In this document: positions 62,493 to 64,000 of the stretch, piece after piece | Numbering within the stretch: the first letter of the stretch is position 1 | How the letters are laid out: every line of letters begins with the position of its first letter | Source of the DNA: Stylophora pistillata | Lineage: Eukaryota | DNA length: 64,000 nt | Assembly: GCF_002571385.2 (NCBI RefSeq) | Contig: NW_019217948.1 | Span: 427,548 to 491,547 of the forward strand | Reading direction: 5' to 3' | Translations under genes and position numbers: made by a program | The notes under the pieces: generated by a model | What the model was told of the DNA's origin: nothing | The model's database searches: none | What the model saw: only the letters and a program-made list of their open reading frames with translations

Positions 62493-64000
62493 AAAGGACT
62501 ATTGTTTACTACTTAATGTGTAAAGTTGAGCTGGAACAATAGACCATTTCTTGATACGGAGGTACTTAAATATTGACTCTGACTTTTTAAATTACCTCAG
62601 ACATGTATTTAATTGTTTTTCATGTCAATTCTGTTACCCTAAAATCTTGCAATTCCCACTTTAGCTTCATCACTTTTTTTTCATATGCAAGGCCTTTTCA
62701 AGGATCTCAATCCACTGTTTCAAGGGATCATTTCCTTCTTACACACAAAACAATAACCCAAGGACAAAAGGCTTGACAAATGGCTACATGACACAAATTT
62801 TCTTACATTTATGCAATTATTTTCATTTTTAACTGGACTTGAGCTTAAATCAAGCTGCCTTCTAGCTTTTCTAATTAATACTTGAACAGAATGGGATCAC
62901 ATAAATATTCACATCAACCAAACTTAGTTCAAGAAAATTTAAAACTTTGTTTGCACAAGAGACTTGTTTATCTTGGTTTAAGAATTATCACCTGACTGAT
63001 AAAAATGGAAAGTAAAACTTGGAAAGGGGAATGGGGAAGGAGTAACCAGGAAAAGGAATCTGGGACAAGGTAATCCACATAAAAATTCAAAATAGTGGAT
63101 GATGACACAGAAAAAAGGGTCTAAACACCATGCAGTTTTGATCAAGTGCTCTTTTAACATGGTTGTTATGGCAATCAGCCTGGAAGATAATAGAAGTATT
63201 TATTGACGGGTTTTTAACTTGACCTTTTTAACTTCAAAAATCTAGATTTATGCTGATATAAAGAGCAAGTTTGATAGAAATTGCATCTTCAGAGAGTTGA
63301 GTTTCTCAGAATGAATCATAGGCTATATACAAGTATGCATACATAATGACTACTCTGATGACAGAGTTCAAAGCTTGCTTAAGGATACAGTAGACCTTCT
63401 TGGATGTTCCTCAAAATAAAAATTGTTAACCTGAACTAGAAACTACATACAAATGGAAAGGTTATGAAATGACTTGTGTTGTCAGGAAAAAATTGTTTCT
63501 TTTTAGCTTGATCCAATTGTAAACCGGCTGAAGCATGAAAATTTGAAATGGACAGTCTCTTTATAAAGCAAATTAATAGAGTCTGGATGCATAAATAAAA
63601 CTTCTTTCCCTTGTCAATCTTGAGGGGTTGGTCTTTTAAACAGTGTGGGGATTTTTCAATGTTCTCATGGGTTGCTTTGAAGTTTACTTGCTAGTCATGT
63701 TTGCTTATCAAAATGTTACAGATATGCATTGTGTCAGAGGCCATTGTAGGAGATTTATCAGAAAAAATGGAAAACCCCCACAATTTGTTTAGATTTGTAT
63801 CCTGGGGGTTTTTGGACCAAATTTCGAGGCAATCAAGGTATTGTAAGTATTGGTACCTTGATAATTCTCTCACATGAGGCAAATTCACGTAAAAACAAAG
63901 TGGTTGTGCTTTTGAAGTTTTGCCAACACTTCACACCTTTTGGTGACCACTTGTCAAGTTATGTCAAAACTCTGAAAAACTATAAATGCTGACTGCCAAT

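Noticed and set aside
61180-64000. Further upstream DHX8 exons
   Set aside because: No segment with DHX8 N-terminal similarity and compatible splice sites was found; the 5' exons presumably lie beyond the window.

Overview
This is AT-rich eukaryotic (animal) genomic DNA. The repeat content and homeobox genes suggest a cnidarian, probably a stony coral; that is an inference. Bases 1-41 kb hold a small ANTP-class homeobox cluster. It contains a two-exon Gbx gene (+, 16844-17874; exon 2 is missing from the ORF track) flanked by two paralogous two-exon homeobox genes (-, 3312-5731 and 38396-40626), plus a decayed partial copy at about 986-1085. The first flanking gene carries an eh1 motif and an almost perfect Engrailed EH2 motif (WPAWVYATRYS). 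Its homeodomain is En-like in helices 1-2 and Tlx/NK-like in helix 3. It is therefore a candidate cnidarian engrailed relative linked to Gbx (EHGbox-like). Bases 49.8-61.2 kb hold 18 exons of DHX8/PRP22 (-, 5' end outside the window), including one GC-AG intron. The rest is dense in mobile DNA: Penelope-like fragments with minimal hammerhead ribozymes, tRNA-derived SINE/tandem elements, decayed LINEs, a PHIS (Harbinger/Pangu-like) element, a 9-bp-TSD Mutator-like element and several MITEs. Assembly gaps lie at 10036-10045 and 43071-43082. Coordinates and reference comparisons were made by eye or from memory, with no database searches.
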